Positions 1-10,921 of a DNA stretch of 64,000 nucleotides are shown here, piece by piece. The first letter of the stretch is position 1; the number at the start of each line of letters is the position of its first letter. The stretch is from Chloroflexota bacterium (GTDB taxonomy: Bacteria; Chloroflexota; Limnocylindria; Limnocylindrales; CSP1-4): assembly GCA_003141455.1 (NCBI GenBank), contig PLMA01000067.1, positions 17,340 to 81,339 on the forward strand, in the 5' to 3' direction. The notes under the pieces are model-generated. The model ran no database searches and was not told the DNA's origin. It worked only from the letters and a program-made list of their open reading frames with translations. The position numbers were made by a program, and so were the translations under genes.

Positions 1-204
1 CCTCCGGCCCAGGCGGAGTGGCACAGGCGCCTTATGGCAGGAACGCCATCCGCGTCGGAGAGCGCGGCCTCGACATCCGGTACCAGGACGATGGCTGCGA
101 CGGTCACGGCGAACCTCCTGCGGACGAGTTTACTTCCGCTCGTCGGCGGGGACGCGGGCCCGCGGCTGCCGTCCCGGCGCCCGTTCTCGCGCTACTGTGC
201 GACA

Positions 205-2139
205 ATGCCGCCGCCCATGAATGACTCGCTTCGTCTCGCCACGCCCACCAATCCCGCCGGGCACGCCGTTCGCCGCGACGTCCGGAACCTGGCCATCGTG
301 GCCCATGTCGACCACGGCAAGACCACGCTCGTAGACGCGATGCTGCGCCAGGCCGGCGCGTTCCGCGCCAATCAGGTCTTGGTGGATCGGGTCATGGACT
401 CGGGGGACCTGGAACGCGAGAAGGGGATCACGATCCTGGCCAAGCAGACTTCGGTCGACTACGACGGGATCCGCCTGAACATCGTCGATACCCCCGGCCA
501 TGCCGACTTCGGTGGCGAGGTCGAGCGCAGCCTGCTGATGGTCGATTCGATCCTCCTCCTGGTCGATGCTGCCGAGGGTCCGCTGCCGCAGACTCGCTAC
601 GTCCTCCAGAAGGCGATGGCGAGACACCTGCCTGTAGTCGTGGCGATCAACAAGATCGACCGCTCGGACGCTCGCGCCAGAGAGGTCCTGGACGCGGTCT
701 ACGAACTGTTCCTGGACCTAGGCGCGGACGCGACGCAGATAGATTTCCCCGTCGTCTTCACCAACGCCAAGCTCGGTACGGCGACGGTAGACCTGGACGT
801 CCCGGGAACGGACCTGCGACCACTCTTCGATCTCATGATCGCCCACACTCCGGCGCCGGCATACACGCCCGGCTACCCACTGCAGCTGCTCGTGACGAAT
901 CTGTCGGCCAACGACTACGTCGGCCGGATGGCGGTCGGGCGGCTCTGGAACGGCACCATCAAGATGGGCCAGAAGGTGTCCATCGTCCGAGAAGAGGCGG
1001 ACGATACCGCCGGCGCGATCGAGCCCGGACGGACGGTCACGCTGACCGGCACCGTGACGAGCCTGACTACGGCCCACGGCATCGAACGCGTGGACATCGC
1101 CGAAGCCGGGCCCGGCGACATCGTTGCGGTCGCCGGCATTCTCGACGTCACGATCGGCGACACCATCACCGATCCGACCGACCCACGCCCCCTGCCGCGT
1201 CTCGACGTCGATGCCCCGACGCTGCGTATGACCTTCGGGGCGAATACGTCGCCGCTCTCGGGACGCGAGGGCCGCTACGTGACCAGCCGGCATCTCAAGG
1301 CCCGCCTGGACAAGGAGGTCCTGGGCAACGTCTCGATCGAGGTCCTGCCGACGGACTCCGGCGACACGTTCGAGGTCCGCGGCCGTGGCGAGCTCCAGCT
1401 GGCGATCCTCATCGAGCAGATGAGGCGCGAAGGCTACGAACTCCAGGTCTCCAGACCCGAAGTTCTGCTGCGCGAAGTGAGCGGAGAGGTTCAAGAGCCC
1501 TACGAGCGGATCACGGTCGACATGCCGCCCGAGTTCATCGGCCCGGTTCAAGCAGCTCTGGCCGACCGCAAGGCACGTCTCGACCAGATGAGCACGGACG
1601 CCGACGGCCGGGTCCGCATGGAGTACGTCATTCCCGTGCGCGGCCTGATCGGCTTCCGCGGGCAGCTCCTGACAGAGACGCGCGGGACCGCGCTTCTTCA
1701 TCAGATCGGCGAGGGTTACGGCCCGTGGGCCGGCGAGGTCACCCACCGCATGACCGGCGTGCTGGTATCCGATCGATCGGGCGTCTCGAACGCCTACGGC
1801 CTGTTCAATCTGCAGGAGCGGGCCGAATTCTTCATCGGCTCGGGAGCGGACGTCTACGAGGGGATGGTCGTCGGCGAGAATAGCCGGCCGGACGACATGG
1901 ACGTGAACGCGACCAAGGAGAAGAAGCTCACCAACATGCGAACGCACTCCCACGACGAGGCCCTGCGGCTGACTCCGCCGCGCGAGCTGACGCTGGAGTC
2001 TGCGATCGAGTTCATCGGCGTCGACGAACTGGTTGAGGTGACGCCCAAGTCGATCCGCCTACGCAAGCGCGTCCTCTCCCAACACGATCGACGCCGCATC
2101 GCGGGACGCGAATTCGAGCGCACCGCCGCTGATCGCTAG
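205..2139 (+). CDS. typA: GTP-binding translational GTPase TypA/BipA
   Basis: Carries the G1 motif [20 protein letters not shown], an EF-G/TypA-like domain order and TypA-like length. The exact start is uncertain: ATG at 205 or 217; the track ORF from 34 is probably too long. Confidence 0.85.
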   Translation: MPPPMNDSLRLATPTNPAGHAVRRDVRNLAIVAHVDHGKTTLVDAMLRQAGAFRANQVLVDRVMDSGDLEREKGITILAKQTSVDYDGIRLNIVDTPGHADFGGEVERSLLMVDSILLLVDAAEGPLPQTRYVLQKAMARHLPVVVAINKIDRSDARAREVLDAVYELFLDLGADATQIDFPVVFTNAKLGTATVDLDVPGTDLRPLFDLMIAHTPAPAYTPGYPLQLLVTNLSANDYVGRMAVGRLWNGTIKMGQKVSIVREEADDTAGAIEPGRTVTLTGTVTSLTTAHGIERVDIAEAGPGDIVAVAGILDVTIGDTITDPTDPRPLPRLDVDAPTLRMTFGANTSPLSGREGRYVTSRHLKARLDKEVLGNVSIEVLPTDSGDTFEVRGRGELQLAILIEQMRREGYELQVSRPEVLLREVSGEVQEPYERITVDMPPEFIGPVQAALADRKARLDQMSTDADGRVRMEYVIPVRGLIGFRGQLLTETRGTALLHQIGEGYGPWAGEVTHRMTGVLVSDRSGVSNAYGLFNLQERAEFFIGSGADVYEGMVVGENSRPDDMDVNATKEKKLTNMRTHSHDEALRLTPPRELTLESAIEFIGVDELVEVTPKSIRLRKRVLSQHDRRRIAGREFERTAADR

Positions 2140-2227
2140 GTGGCCGATAGGACCGCCGAGTCGACGTGATGCCTGCCCCTCAGCCGGCGCCGAGGGGAGA
2201 TCGGGCCTGGTCGTCGTACAATCCAAG

Positions 2228-3448
2228 GTGATGCCGATCTACCTCGACCACGCCGCCACGACCCCGCTGCGGCGAGAAGCGCTCGAGGCGATGCAGCCCT
2301 GGCTGACCGAGGGGTTCGGCAATCCCTCCTCCGTCCACTCATTCGGCCGGCGGGCCCGGGCCGGGCTGGACGAGGCTCACGAGCGGGTGGCTCGATCCCT
2401 CGGCGCCGGGCCGCGCGAGATCGTCTTCACCTCAGGCGGGACCGAGGCGAACAACCTCGCGATCAAGGGCGCTGCCTGGGCCGGCAAGGGGCGGGGACAC
2501 CGGATCATCACCAGCTCGGTCGAGCATCATTCGGTGGGCCATACGGTCCGCTACCTGGAGAAGTTCGGGTTCGAGATCGTGGAGCTGCCCGTGGATCGCT
2601 ACGGCCGCGTCGATCCCGACGAGGTGGAAGCGGCTATCACGCCCAAGACGATCCTGGTCAGCATCATGCTCGCCAACAACGAGGTGGGCACGATCCAGCC
2701 GATCGCCGCGATCGCGGAACGGGTACGACGTCACCGGGGAATCCTGATCCACGCAGACGCGGTGCAGGCAGCCCCTTACCTCGACGTGGACGTCACGGCC
2801 CTGGGCGTCGACATGCTCTCGATTGCCGCTCACAAGTTCGAGGGCCCCAAGGGCGTCGGCGCCCTGTACGTGCGCCATGGCACCAACGTCCTGGCCCAGC
2901 AGCAGGGAGGGGCGCAGGAGCGCTATCGACGGGCCGGGACCGAGAACGTGGCCGGGGCCGTGGGGTTGGCGGCGGCGCTGGAGCTGGCGGTCGCCGAGCG
3001 CCCCGCTGTCGCCGCGCGGCTCCGCGAGCTCCGAGAGACCCTGGTGGGGCATTTGCGGACCCTCGATGACGTGCAGGAGACCGGCCACCCCACCGAGCGG
3101 CTGCCGGGCCTGCTATCGCTGGTGGCGGTGGGGCTTGACGGCAACGCCGTGACGATGGCGCTCGACCTGGCTGGTCTGGCCTGCTCCACCGGATCGGCGT
3201 GCGTCAGCGGCTCGGGCGAGATCAGCCACGTACTGGCGGCCATGGGGTTCCCGGAGGACGAGGCCGCGGGAGCGTTGCGGTTCTCGATCGGCCGGACCAC
3301 CACGGCCGAAGAGATCACGGAGGCGGCGCGCCTGATCGCCGCCACGATCGAGTCCCATCGAGAGGCGGCGGCGAGGCTCGAGGCCCAGCGGGCGGCGGCG
3401 CTCTCGCGGCCCGTAGAGGCCATCGCGGCGGAGGCGGCGAGCGAGTGA
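2228..3448 (+). CDS. class V aminotransferase-fold cysteine desulfurase (IscS/NifS family)
   Basis: N-terminus [13 protein letters not shown] region [18 protein letters not shown] and active-site SGSAC; about 406 aa. It lies immediately upstream of mnmA, with which it overlaps. Confidence 0.9.
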   Translation: MMPIYLDHAATTPLRREALEAMQPWLTEGFGNPSSVHSFGRRARAGLDEAHERVARSLGAGPREIVFTSGGTEANNLAIKGAAWAGKGRGHRIITSSVEHHSVGHTVRYLEKFGFEIVELPVDRYGRVDPDEVEAAITPKTILVSIMLANNEVGTIQPIAAIAERVRRHRGILIHADAVQAAPYLDVDVTALGVDMLSIAAHKFEGPKGVGALYVRHGTNVLAQQQGGAQERYRRAGTENVAGAVGLAAALELAVAERPAVAARLRELRETLVGHLRTLDDVQETGHPTERLPGLLSLVAVGLDGNAVTMALDLAGLACSTGSACVSGSGEISHVLAAMGFPEDEAAGALRFSIGRTTTAEEITEAARLIAATIESHREAAARLEAQRAAALSRPVEAIAAEAASE

Positions 3449-4557
3449 GGCGCGTTCTCGTGGCGATGTCCGGCGGCGTGGACTCGTCAGTCGCGGCGGC
3501 CCTGGTGAAGGCCGGCGGAGACGAGGCGATCGGCGTCTGGATGCGCCTGAGCGACGTCGCGGACAGCTCCTCGGAGTTCAACCGAAGCTGCTGCTCCCTG
3601 GACGCCGCCGAGGATGCGCGGCGCGTGGCCTCGCAGCTGGAGATCCCGTTCTTCGTGATGAATCTGGAGCGCGAGTTCGACGCGGGAGTCCTGCAGCCGT
3701 TCCTCGCGGCATACCTGGGTGGCCGCACGCCGAGCCCCTGCGTGGACTGCAACAGCGTCGTCAAGTTCGGAGCGCTTCTGGGACGGGCGCGGCTCCTGTA
3801 CGACTGCGAGGCGGTCGCCACCGGCCACTACGCGCGGGTTCTCGCCCTCGGCGAGAACGGCTCGGCCGGCTATGGTCTCCTGCGCGGCCGCGATCCCCAG
3901 AAGGACCAGAGCTACTTCCTGTACGGCCTGGGCCAGGAGCAGCTGGCTCATACGCGCTTCCCGCTCGGCGAGATGACCAAACCGCAGGTGCGTGACGCCG
4001 CTCGGGCTCTCGGGCTGGCAACGGCCGAGAAGCGCGACAGCCAGGAGATCTGTTTTGTGCCCCGCGGCGACTACCGCGACGTCTTGCGCGAGCGGGCCGG
4101 CTGGAAGGCCGAGCCGGGGCCGGTGATCGACGTGGACGGGAGGCGGATCGGCGAGCACTTCGGTGCGGCCTCGTACACGGTGGGGCAGCGGCAGGGGACC
4201 GGAGTGGCGGTGGGCGAGCCTCGCTACGTCTGGAAGATAGACGCCGACGCGAACACGATCAGGCTGGGCCGCCGCTCAGATCTGGCGACGCATGACTTCC
4301 AGGTCGAGGAGGTTCGGTTCGTGGCCGGCCATCCTCCGCCCGAGTCCGCGGACCGTTTGAGCGCGGAAGTCCAGATAAGGCACCGAGGTCGGGTCGCCGC
4401 GGCCACGATCATGCCCCTTGGCGACGGCAGGTGGGCCGTGCGGACCGAGGATCCGGTCTGGGCTGCCGCGCCCGGGCAGGCGGCGGTCTTCTACCGCGGC
4501 GACGTCGTTCTCGGCGGCGGCCGGATCGCCCGGTCGGAAGATCCAGCCCCCGGCTGA
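3445..4557 (+). CDS. mnmA: tRNA-specific 2-thiouridylase MnmA
   Basis: PP-loop [17 protein letters not shown] start at 3445 overlaps the desulfurase stop by 4 nt (GTGA). The upstream part of track ORF 3199..4557 is out-of-context read-through. Confidence 0.88.
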   Translation: MRRVLVAMSGGVDSSVAAALVKAGGDEAIGVWMRLSDVADSSSEFNRSCCSLDAAEDARRVASQLEIPFFVMNLEREFDAGVLQPFLAAYLGGRTPSPCVDCNSVVKFGALLGRARLLYDCEAVATGHYARVLALGENGSAGYGLLRGRDPQKDQSYFLYGLGQEQLAHTRFPLGEMTKPQVRDAARALGLATAEKRDSQEICFVPRGDYRDVLRERAGWKAEPGPVIDVDGRRIGEHFGAASYTVGQRQGTGVAVGEPRYVWKIDADANTIRLGRRSDLATHDFQVEEVRFVAGHPPPESADRLSAEVQIRHRGRVAAATIMPLGDGRWAVRTEDPVWAAAPGQAAVFYRGDVVLGGGRIARSEDPAPG

Positions 4558-4631
4558 TCTACGACTCCGGGCTGAGTTGGCCCGGAGCGCTTCATGGTTC
4601 GGTCGATGGCCTGCCTCCGTATACTCGGGGC

Positions 4632-4919
4632 GTGGACATAGGCCCGGCTCCAGTACTCGCCCTCTTGGTTGGCGGCTTTCACACCGCGCTGTTCGTCCTC
4701 ATTCGGAAGAGAGCGGATGCTCGGGTCGTGATCGTCTTTCTGGCCGCGGCGCTTGGGGCGTGGGCCGGAGACGCGACCGGCGGCAGACTGGGGATCGATC
4801 CCGTCCGCATAGGCGACTTCCATCTGATCACGGCATCGATCGTGGCCTGGGCGGGGATCGGATTCGTGACCGTTCTCTCGATCCTGGGTCCCGCAAGCCA
4901 GGAGGAGCGTCGTCTGTGA
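4632..4919 (+). CDS. hypothetical small membrane protein (~95 aa, 3 predicted TM)
   Basis: Hydrophobic segments (PVLALLVGGFHTALFVLI, VVIVFLAAALGAWAG, ITASIVAWAGIGFVTVLSIL) in the mnmA–alaS gap; GTG start inferred. Weak support. Confidence 0.3.
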   Translation: MDIGPAPVLALLVGGFHTALFVLIRKRADARVVIVFLAAALGAWAGDATGGRLGIDPVRIGDFHLITASIVAWAGIGFVTVLSILGPASQEERRL

Positions 4920-5170
4920 TCGGGACCTTGCAGCGAATGGCGGCCCTTCGGAGGAAGCCCTCGCGATCCGCGGACCAGAGGCTCGTTGCGTTCGCCAGGG
5001 GAGTGGCCATGGGAGCCCTCCTGGGGGCGGCCATCGCCGGATCCACGATCTGGGGCCGTCGGCGGCGGGGAGGCTGACGAAGCGGCGAGGCCGGAGCGAC
5101 GGCGACAGCCACGCCGGCGCTCGCCGCGACGACCGCGCCCAAGGGGTCCGGTTTGGTACCGTTAGCAGCG

Positions 5171-7906
5171 ATGTCTGACTTGCCGATTCCCTATCTCTCC
5201 GCGGCCGAGATCCGGCGCCGCTTCGTTCAGTTCTTCGTGGAGCGCGGTCATACCCACGTGCCCAGCGCGTCGCTGGTCCCGGCGGGCGACCAGACCCTGC
5301 TCTTCACGAACTCCGGCATGGTGCAGTTCAAGGACGTGCTGACCGGGAGGGAGAAGCGCAGCTACGTCCGCGCCGTCGACTACCAGCGTGTCCTGCGGGT
5401 CGCCGGGAAGCACAACGACTTCGAGGAGGTAGGCCGCACGACGCGCCACAACACCTTCTTCGAGATGCTGGGCAACTGGAGCTTCGGCGACTACTTCAAG
5501 CGCGAGGCGATCCAACTGGCCTGGGAGTTCCTGACCAAGGATCTGGGGATCCCGCCCGAACGTCTGGCTGCCACGACGTACAAGGACGACGAGGTTGCCC
5601 GGGCGGTCTGGCGCGATGAGATCGGGCTGCCGCTCGAGCGGATGGCCGTCTGGGGCGACGTCGACGCCGGCGACGACGCCAATTTCTGGCGGATGGCCGA
5701 GACGGGGCCGTGCGGGCCGTGCAGCGAGATCCACTTCGACCGCGGCGCGCAGCTGTCGGAAGGGCCGGAGTGTATCCCCGACCACTCGGAGCATTGCCCG
5801 CGTTGGCTTGAGATCTGGAACCTCGTGTTCATGGAGTACGACCAGCGGCCGAACGGGGAGCGCATGCCGCTACCGTTCCAGAGCATCGACACTGGGATGA
5901 GCCTCGAGCGGCTCGCGAGCGTCCTCCAGCAGGTTCCCAGCAACTTCGATACGGACCTTTTCACCCCGATCCACGCCGCCATGCGCGAGCTGCTGGGCCA
6001 TGACCCGGAGGCCTTCGAGGCCGAGCGGTTTAGCTACCAGGTTATCGCCGACCATTCGCGCGCCGTCACGTTCCTCGTAGCCGACGGTGTGGCGCCCTCC
6101 AACGAGGGTCGCGGATACGTCCTGCGCCGCATCCTGCGTCGCGCCGTCCGGCACGGTCGTCTGCTGGGTCGCAAGCAGCCGTTCATGGACGTCACCGCCG
6201 GCGTCGTGATCGACACGATGAGCGATGCATACCCGTACCTGGCCGAGCGGCGCGAGAGGATTCTCAAGGTGGTCCGCCAGGAGGAGACCCAGTTCGCCAG
6301 AACCCTGGAGACGGGCACGGGACAGTTCGAGGCCGCGCTGGCTCCACTCACCACAGCCGAGCGGGTGATCGGACGCCGGCCCGAGAGCCTGGCGGCCGAC
6401 GCGCCGGTACTGGCGGGCGAGGTCGCCTTCCGCCTTCACGACACCTACGGATTTCCGGTGGACCTGACGGTCGACATGGCCGCCGAATACGGCGTTCGAG
6501 TCGACCGCGACGGCTTCACGGCGGCGATGGCTGAGCAGAAGGCACGCAGCCGCAAGGGCACCAAGGCTGATCTGGCGCGCAACGCCGAGCTCGGCGACAT
6601 GTACCAGTCGATCCAGCGGCTGGTGGGCGAGACGAAGTTCGTGGGCTACGACGGAATCGAGGCCGAGACCCGGGTCCTGGCGATCGTGCGCGACGGGACC
6701 GAGTATCAGGAGCTTACCGGAAACGGCGAGGCGGAGGTGGTGCTCGATGCCACTCCGTTCTACGCCGAGGGAGGTGGCCAGGTCGGCGACCGCGGAGAGC
6801 TGCTCGAGGCCGGCGGCGGCAGCGGGCTCTTCACCGTCGAGGACACCCAGATGCCCATCGCCGGGCTCTTCGTGCATCGCGGCAAGCTACACGGCCGGTT
6901 GCGGGTCGGTGAGACGGTGACCGCCCGCGTGGACGCCGAGCGGCGGGCCCGAACCATGCGGAATCACACGGCCACACACCTGCTTCACCGAGCCCTGCGC
7001 AACGTCGTCGGGCCGGAGGCGCATCAGGCCGGGTCGCTCGTCGCGCCGGACTATCTGCGGTTCGACTACCCGCTGGAGCGGGCGCTGACCGTGAATGAGA
7101 GGCAGGCCATCGAGGACGAGGTCCGGCGAGTGGTGCGCGAGAACCGGCCCGTGACCACGAAGGTCCAGCCCATGGCGGACGCGATCGCCGCCGGCGCGGA
7201 CGCCTTCTTCGACGAGAAGTACGGCGAGAAGGTCCGGACGGTTCGGGTCGAGGGCTACTCGCTCGAGCTGTGCGGAGGGACCCACTGTTCGGCATCCGGG
7301 CAGATCGGCGGCTTCGTCATCACGGCCGATCGCAGCATCGGCGCCGGCATCCGCCGCATCGAAGCCGTGACCGGCGATGGCGCGGATGCGCTGGTCCGGG
7401 CGCGCCTCACGCTTCTCGAACGCATCGCCGATGCGGTCGGAGCCACTTCCCCGGACTCGATCCCGGATCGCGTGGCGTCTCTTCAGGAAGAGCTTCGCGA
7501 GGCGCGCCACCGGCTCCGCGCCGGCGGAACCGGTCTGCCCAAGGCGGCGGAGGTGGCCGCCGGAGCCCAGGAGGTCGCTCCCGGCATCAAGTTCGTCGCC
7601 TATTCGGACTCCTTCGAATCGCCTGAGCAGTGGAAGGGCTACGTCCGGGAGCTTCGGTCGGCCCTGGGCAACGGCGTGATCGCCGTCGCAATGGATGCCG
7701 ACGTCCCCCAGATCTTCATCACCGTCAGCCCGGAGCTGGTAGCTCGCGGAGTCTCCGCGGGCGAACTGGTGAAGGTCGCCATGAATTCGATGGACGGGCG
7801 CGGCGGCGGTCGTCCGGAGATGGCCCAGGGCATGGGCAAGCGCCGAGACGGGATCGGCGCGGCCATGGCAGCGATCGCGGATACACTTAGGACGGCAGGC
7901 ACATAG
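5171..7906 (+). CDS. alaS: alanine--tRNA ligase
   Basis: N-terminus MSDLPIPYLSAAEIRRRFVQFF...FTNSGMVQFKD, the class II core and a C-terminal DHHA1-like region; about 911 aa. Confidence 0.95.
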   Translation: MSDLPIPYLSAAEIRRRFVQFFVERGHTHVPSASLVPAGDQTLLFTNSGMVQFKDVLTGREKRSYVRAVDYQRVLRVAGKHNDFEEVGRTTRHNTFFEMLGNWSFGDYFKREAIQLAWEFLTKDLGIPPERLAATTYKDDEVARAVWRDEIGLPLERMAVWGDVDAGDDANFWRMAETGPCGPCSEIHFDRGAQLSEGPECIPDHSEHCPRWLEIWNLVFMEYDQRPNGERMPLPFQSIDTGMSLERLASVLQQVPSNFDTDLFTPIHAAMRELLGHDPEAFEAERFSYQVIADHSRAVTFLVADGVAPSNEGRGYVLRRILRRAVRHGRLLGRKQPFMDVTAGVVIDTMSDAYPYLAERRERILKVVRQEETQFARTLETGTGQFEAALAPLTTAERVIGRRPESLAADAPVLAGEVAFRLHDTYGFPVDLTVDMAAEYGVRVDRDGFTAAMAEQKARSRKGTKADLARNAELGDMYQSIQRLVGETKFVGYDGIEAETRVLAIVRDGTEYQELTGNGEAEVVLDATPFYAEGGGQVGDRGELLEAGGGSGLFTVEDTQMPIAGLFVHRGKLHGRLRVGETVTARVDAERRARTMRNHTATHLLHRALRNVVGPEAHQAGSLVAPDYLRFDYPLERALTVNERQAIEDEVRRVVRENRPVTTKVQPMADAIAAGADAFFDEKYGEKVRTVRVEGYSLELCGGTHCSASGQIGGFVITADRSIGAGIRRIEAVTGDGADALVRARLTLLERIADAVGATSPDSIPDRVASLQEELREARHRLRAGGTGLPKAAEVAAGAQEVAPGIKFVAYSDSFESPEQWKGYVRELRSALGNGVIAVAMDADVPQIFITVSPELVARGVSAGELVKVAMNSMDGRGGGRPEMAQGMGKRRDGIGAAMAAIADTLRTAGT

Positions 7907-7927
7907 CGGGAAGCTAGGGGAGCGGCC

Positions 7928-9190
7928 GTGGCATTCTGGCGCAGGATCTGGGGCCATGAGACGGATTCGACCCTCGCCGCCTGCACCGCCCTGGACATCG
8001 GAACTGAGTTCGCCAAGGCCCTTGTCTTCGAGATGGACGAGGGCGGCATGGGCACGGTTCGCGGCGTCGGGCGCAAACGCCAGGGCCTCTCGCACATGCA
8101 GTCCGGCACGGTCACCGACATCAACGCCGTAGTCGACAACTGCTCGGTGGCGCTGCAGGAGGCCGAGGAGATGGCCGGCTTCCGCCCCACCCAATGCGTG
8201 ATCGGGATCGCCGGCGAGCTGGTCAAGGGCTTCACTACGGCTCATTCACAGGAACGCAAGCGCCCCAACGTGCCGATCACGGACGCCGAGCTCCAGAAGC
8301 TGATCAACGGCGTGCAGCGCGAGGCGCTGAGGGAGGCGGAACGGGCCATCACCTGGGAGACCGGCCTGCCGCAAGTGGACGTCCGGCTGGTCCATGCGGC
8401 GGTCACGGGAGCCCAGATCGACGGCTATCCCGTGACGAACCCGGTCAGCTTCAAAGGGCGGCACGTCAAGATCAGCATCTTCAACGCCTTCGCGCCCCTG
8501 GTCCACCTGGGGGCTCTGCAGACCGTGGCCCAGCAACTGGAGCTGGATCTCCTGGAGGTGGTCGCCGAGCCGTACGCCGTAGCGCGGGTTCTCGGCAGTG
8601 AGCAGGTCCAGCAGTCGGGCGCTCTCTTCATCGACATCGGCGGCGGCACGACGGACGTGGCGCTCGTCCGCCACGGTGGCATCGAGGGGACGCGCATGTT
8701 CGCCCTGGGTGGACGCGCATTCACAAAGTCCCTCGCGGACCGCCTGGACCTGCCCTTCCCGCGAGCCGAAGAGATCAAGGTTGACTACTCCCGGGGCCTG
8801 AAGGTGGCGCAACGCGCCGAGGTGGCGAAGATCATCTCGGAGGACGTGGACATCTGGTCAGCGGGCGTGGAACTGGTTCTGGAAGAGCTGGCCGCCGACG
8901 ACCTCCTGCCCGGCCGCGTATACCTGTGCGGCGGCGGATCGCATCTCCCGGAAATCGGAAAGGTGCTGTCCAGCGAGCCGTTCTGGAAGCGGCTGCCGTT
9001 CAGCCGCCCGCCGGAGGTTGCTGTGATGGCCCCCGAGCAGGTCGAGCGGATCAAGGACGGAACGCACTTGCTCGTGGATCAGCAGGACGTCACTCCGCTG
9101 GGTCTGGCGTACCAGGCCATCGAGCTGCAGACCAACGAAGACCCGCTGGATGTCGCTCTGCGGAAGGTCCTCCGTCTGATGAAGATGTAG
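7928..9190 (+). CDS. ftsA: FtsA-like actin-fold ATPase (cell-division FtsA family)
   Basis: LDIGTEFAKALVFE and VRGVGRKRQGL...AVVDNCSVALQEAEEMAG match FtsA domains 1A/1C. IDIGGGTTDVALV is the phosphate-2 motif. The C-terminal amphipathic helix LRKVLRLMKM resembles the FtsA membrane-targeting sequence. The protein is 420 aa. Confidence 0.75.
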   Translation: MAFWRRIWGHETDSTLAACTALDIGTEFAKALVFEMDEGGMGTVRGVGRKRQGLSHMQSGTVTDINAVVDNCSVALQEAEEMAGFRPTQCVIGIAGELVKGFTTAHSQERKRPNVPITDAELQKLINGVQREALREAERAITWETGLPQVDVRLVHAAVTGAQIDGYPVTNPVSFKGRHVKISIFNAFAPLVHLGALQTVAQQLELDLLEVVAEPYAVARVLGSEQVQQSGALFIDIGGGTTDVALVRHGGIEGTRMFALGGRAFTKSLADRLDLPFPRAEEIKVDYSRGLKVAQRAEVAKIISEDVDIWSAGVELVLEELAADDLLPGRVYLCGGGSHLPEIGKVLSSEPFWKRLPFSRPPEVAVMAPEQVERIKDGTHLLVDQQDVTPLGLAYQAIELQTNEDPLDVALRKVLRLMKM

Positions 9191-9193
9191 CCG

Positions 9194-10921
9194 ATGGCCA
9201 TCTACTACCTCGACGACCAGGACGAGATCACCTCGGCGGCCGCGCGAATCCGGGATTCCACCGACACCCGGATCGCCCTGGTGCTCTCCGGCGGGTCGCG
9301 CGTGGCCACGTCCCGGATCAACTTCCGGCTGCTTGCCGGTGAGGCGAAGCGTCGCAACAAGAAGCTGGCGATCGTGGCCGCGGATCCATCTGTGCAGTCG
9401 GTGGCACGGTCGGCCGGCCTGGCGGTCTTTGCCACGGTCGGGAGTTTTGAGAAGGCCGAGGCAGCCCGGGCCGGCGGAGGGTCGGAAGGGGCGACGGGAG
9501 AGAACTGGGAGGCGTTTGGCGAGCTCACAACGGCGGCTGGGCCGAGGGCATCGAGCGGGCGCCTGATCGGCGGTCCGACAGGCCCGAGTGGGTCCGCCGG
9601 GAAGCAACGCAGCCGGTCGGGGAGAGTTCCGCGATCGTTCGTGGCGGCGCTCGCCAGTGTCATTGTTCTCGTCGTGGGCCTGGGAGCATTCTTCTTCTAC
9701 CCCAGCGCAACCGTGGCGGTGACCCTGCGCGAGGAGCCCGTGGGGCCGATGAACCTGAGCGTCACCGTGGACCCGACGATCTCGACCTCGAACGATCAGA
9801 AGGCCACGGTACCGGGCGTGAAAGAGGCGTTCCCCGTTCAGGTGTCCGGATCCTTCCCGGCCACCGGCGAGAACGTGGTCGAGACGGCGGCGACCGGCAC
9901 GGTGACGTTCACAAGCATCAATACGGTGTTTGCCGTGCCGATAATCGCCGGCACCCAGGTCTCGACGACCGGCGCCATCGCATTCGTCACGACGAAGACC
10001 GTTACCGTGGCCATGGCGCCATTCGCCACCCGCACCACTGTGGATGCCCCGGTGCAGGCGGTTCAGAAAGGTCTTTCGGGTAACGTCCCCGCGGGCCGGA
10101 TTGTCAAGCTGCCCGCAGACCTCGTGGCCGCTCGGGTAACGGTGACAAATGCCGACCCCACGACCGGCGGCACGCACACGGTGACGCCGATGATCGTGCA
10201 GGCCGACATCGACGCGGCCGAGACCAGCCTCACCTCCGGGCTGCAGTCCAGCTTCCAGGCCGCTCTCGCGGCGCCTGGGGCAGTTCCGTCGGGGTCGAAC
10301 CTGTTCTCCGACACGGCGCGACTGGGGATCCCGACGTTCTCTCCGGATCCACAGGGATTGCTAGATCAGGCGGTCACCTCATTCGACCTCAGCGCCGCTG
10401 CCACCGGGACGGCCGTGATGGCGGACCTGTCCACCGTTCGGACGGTCGCCGAGGGCCGGATCAAGAGCGCCGTTCGAAGCGGCTACAGCCTGGTCGGCGG
10501 ATCGATCACGACACAATTGGGGACGGCGGCCACGCAAGGAGACGCGGTGGTCGTCCCGGTCACAGCCCTTGGCTTGCAGACGCCGATCGTCGACGCCAGT
10601 CAGCTTCGAGCGGCGGTGCAGGGCAGGTCGCTCGAGGAAGCGCGGACCTATCTGGCTAAGTACGGCAAGGTGGAGATCTCCGTGGACCCGGGCTGGGCCT
10701 CCACGATGCCCAGCTTCGACTTCCGGATCGATTTCCAGCTCCTCACCGCCAGCCCTAAGCCGACCGTAGGCGCATCACCAAGCGGAGTCGAGACGCCGTC
10801 GCCACCGGCAGCGACGCCCAGCGCGTCACCAACCGCCGAATCGCCCCCTCCGTTGCCCTCACCTTCGCTCTCACCCTCGCCGAGTCCGGGCGAGACTTCG
10901 CCGAGCCCGTCGGCGTCGTGA
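9194..10921 (+). CDS. hypothetical bitopic membrane protein with Pro/Ser-rich C-terminal tail
   Basis: An alpha/beta-like cytoplasmic N-domain of about 150 aa (MAIYYLDD...IALVLSGG...KKLAIVAADPSV) is followed by one TM helix (FVAALASVIVLVVGLGAFFFY), about 350 aa of Thr/Val-rich probably beta-rich ectodomain, and a PS-rich tail (SPSLSPSPSPGETSPSPSAS). The ATG lies 3 nt after the ftsA stop. I do not recognise the family. Confidence 0.6.
   Translation: MAIYYLDDQDEITSAAARIRDSTDTRIALVLSGGSRVATSRINFRLLAGEAKRRNKKLAIVAADPSVQSVARSAGLAVFATVGSFEKAEAARAGGGSEGATGENWEAFGELTTAAGPRASSGRLIGGPTGPSGSAGKQRSRSGRVPRSFVAALASVIVLVVGLGAFFFYPSATVAVTLREEPVGPMNLSVTVDPTISTSNDQKATVPGVKEAFPVQVSGSFPATGENVVETAATGTVTFTSINTVFAVPIIAGTQVSTTGAIAFVTTKTVTVAMAPFATRTTVDAPVQAVQKGLSGNVPAGRIVKLPADLVAARVTVTNADPTTGGTHTVTPMIVQADIDAAETSLTSGLQSSFQAALAAPGAVPSGSNLFSDTARLGIPTFSPDPQGLLDQAVTSFDLSAAATGTAVMADLSTVRTVAEGRIKSAVRSGYSLVGGSITTQLGTAATQGDAVVVPVTALGLQTPIVDASQLRAAVQGRSLEEARTYLAKYGKVEISVDPGWASTMPSFDFRIDFQLLTASPKPTVGASPSGVETPSPPAATPSASPTAESPPPLPSPSLSPSPSPGETSPSPSAS

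Noticed and set aside
3199-3444. 5' part of track ORF 3199..4557, upstream of the mnmA PP-loop
   Set aside because: It overlaps the cysteine desulfurase in another frame and is Gly/Arg-rich nonsense. The real mnmA start is the GTG at 3445 that overlaps the desulfurase stop.
4916-5077. 53-aa ORF overlapping the stop of the 4632..4919 small ORF (GTGA)
   Set aside because: The evidence is too weak. It lies in a frame that is part of a long Arg-rich spurious ORF (4418..5077) and has no motif. It is noted only as a remote possibility.
4920-5170. Searched the region upstream of alaS (and 62700..62894 upstream of pheS) for a T-box
   Set aside because: No GGGTGGNACCGCG-like core or matching terminator is visible. 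Only the thrS leader carries a T-box signature.
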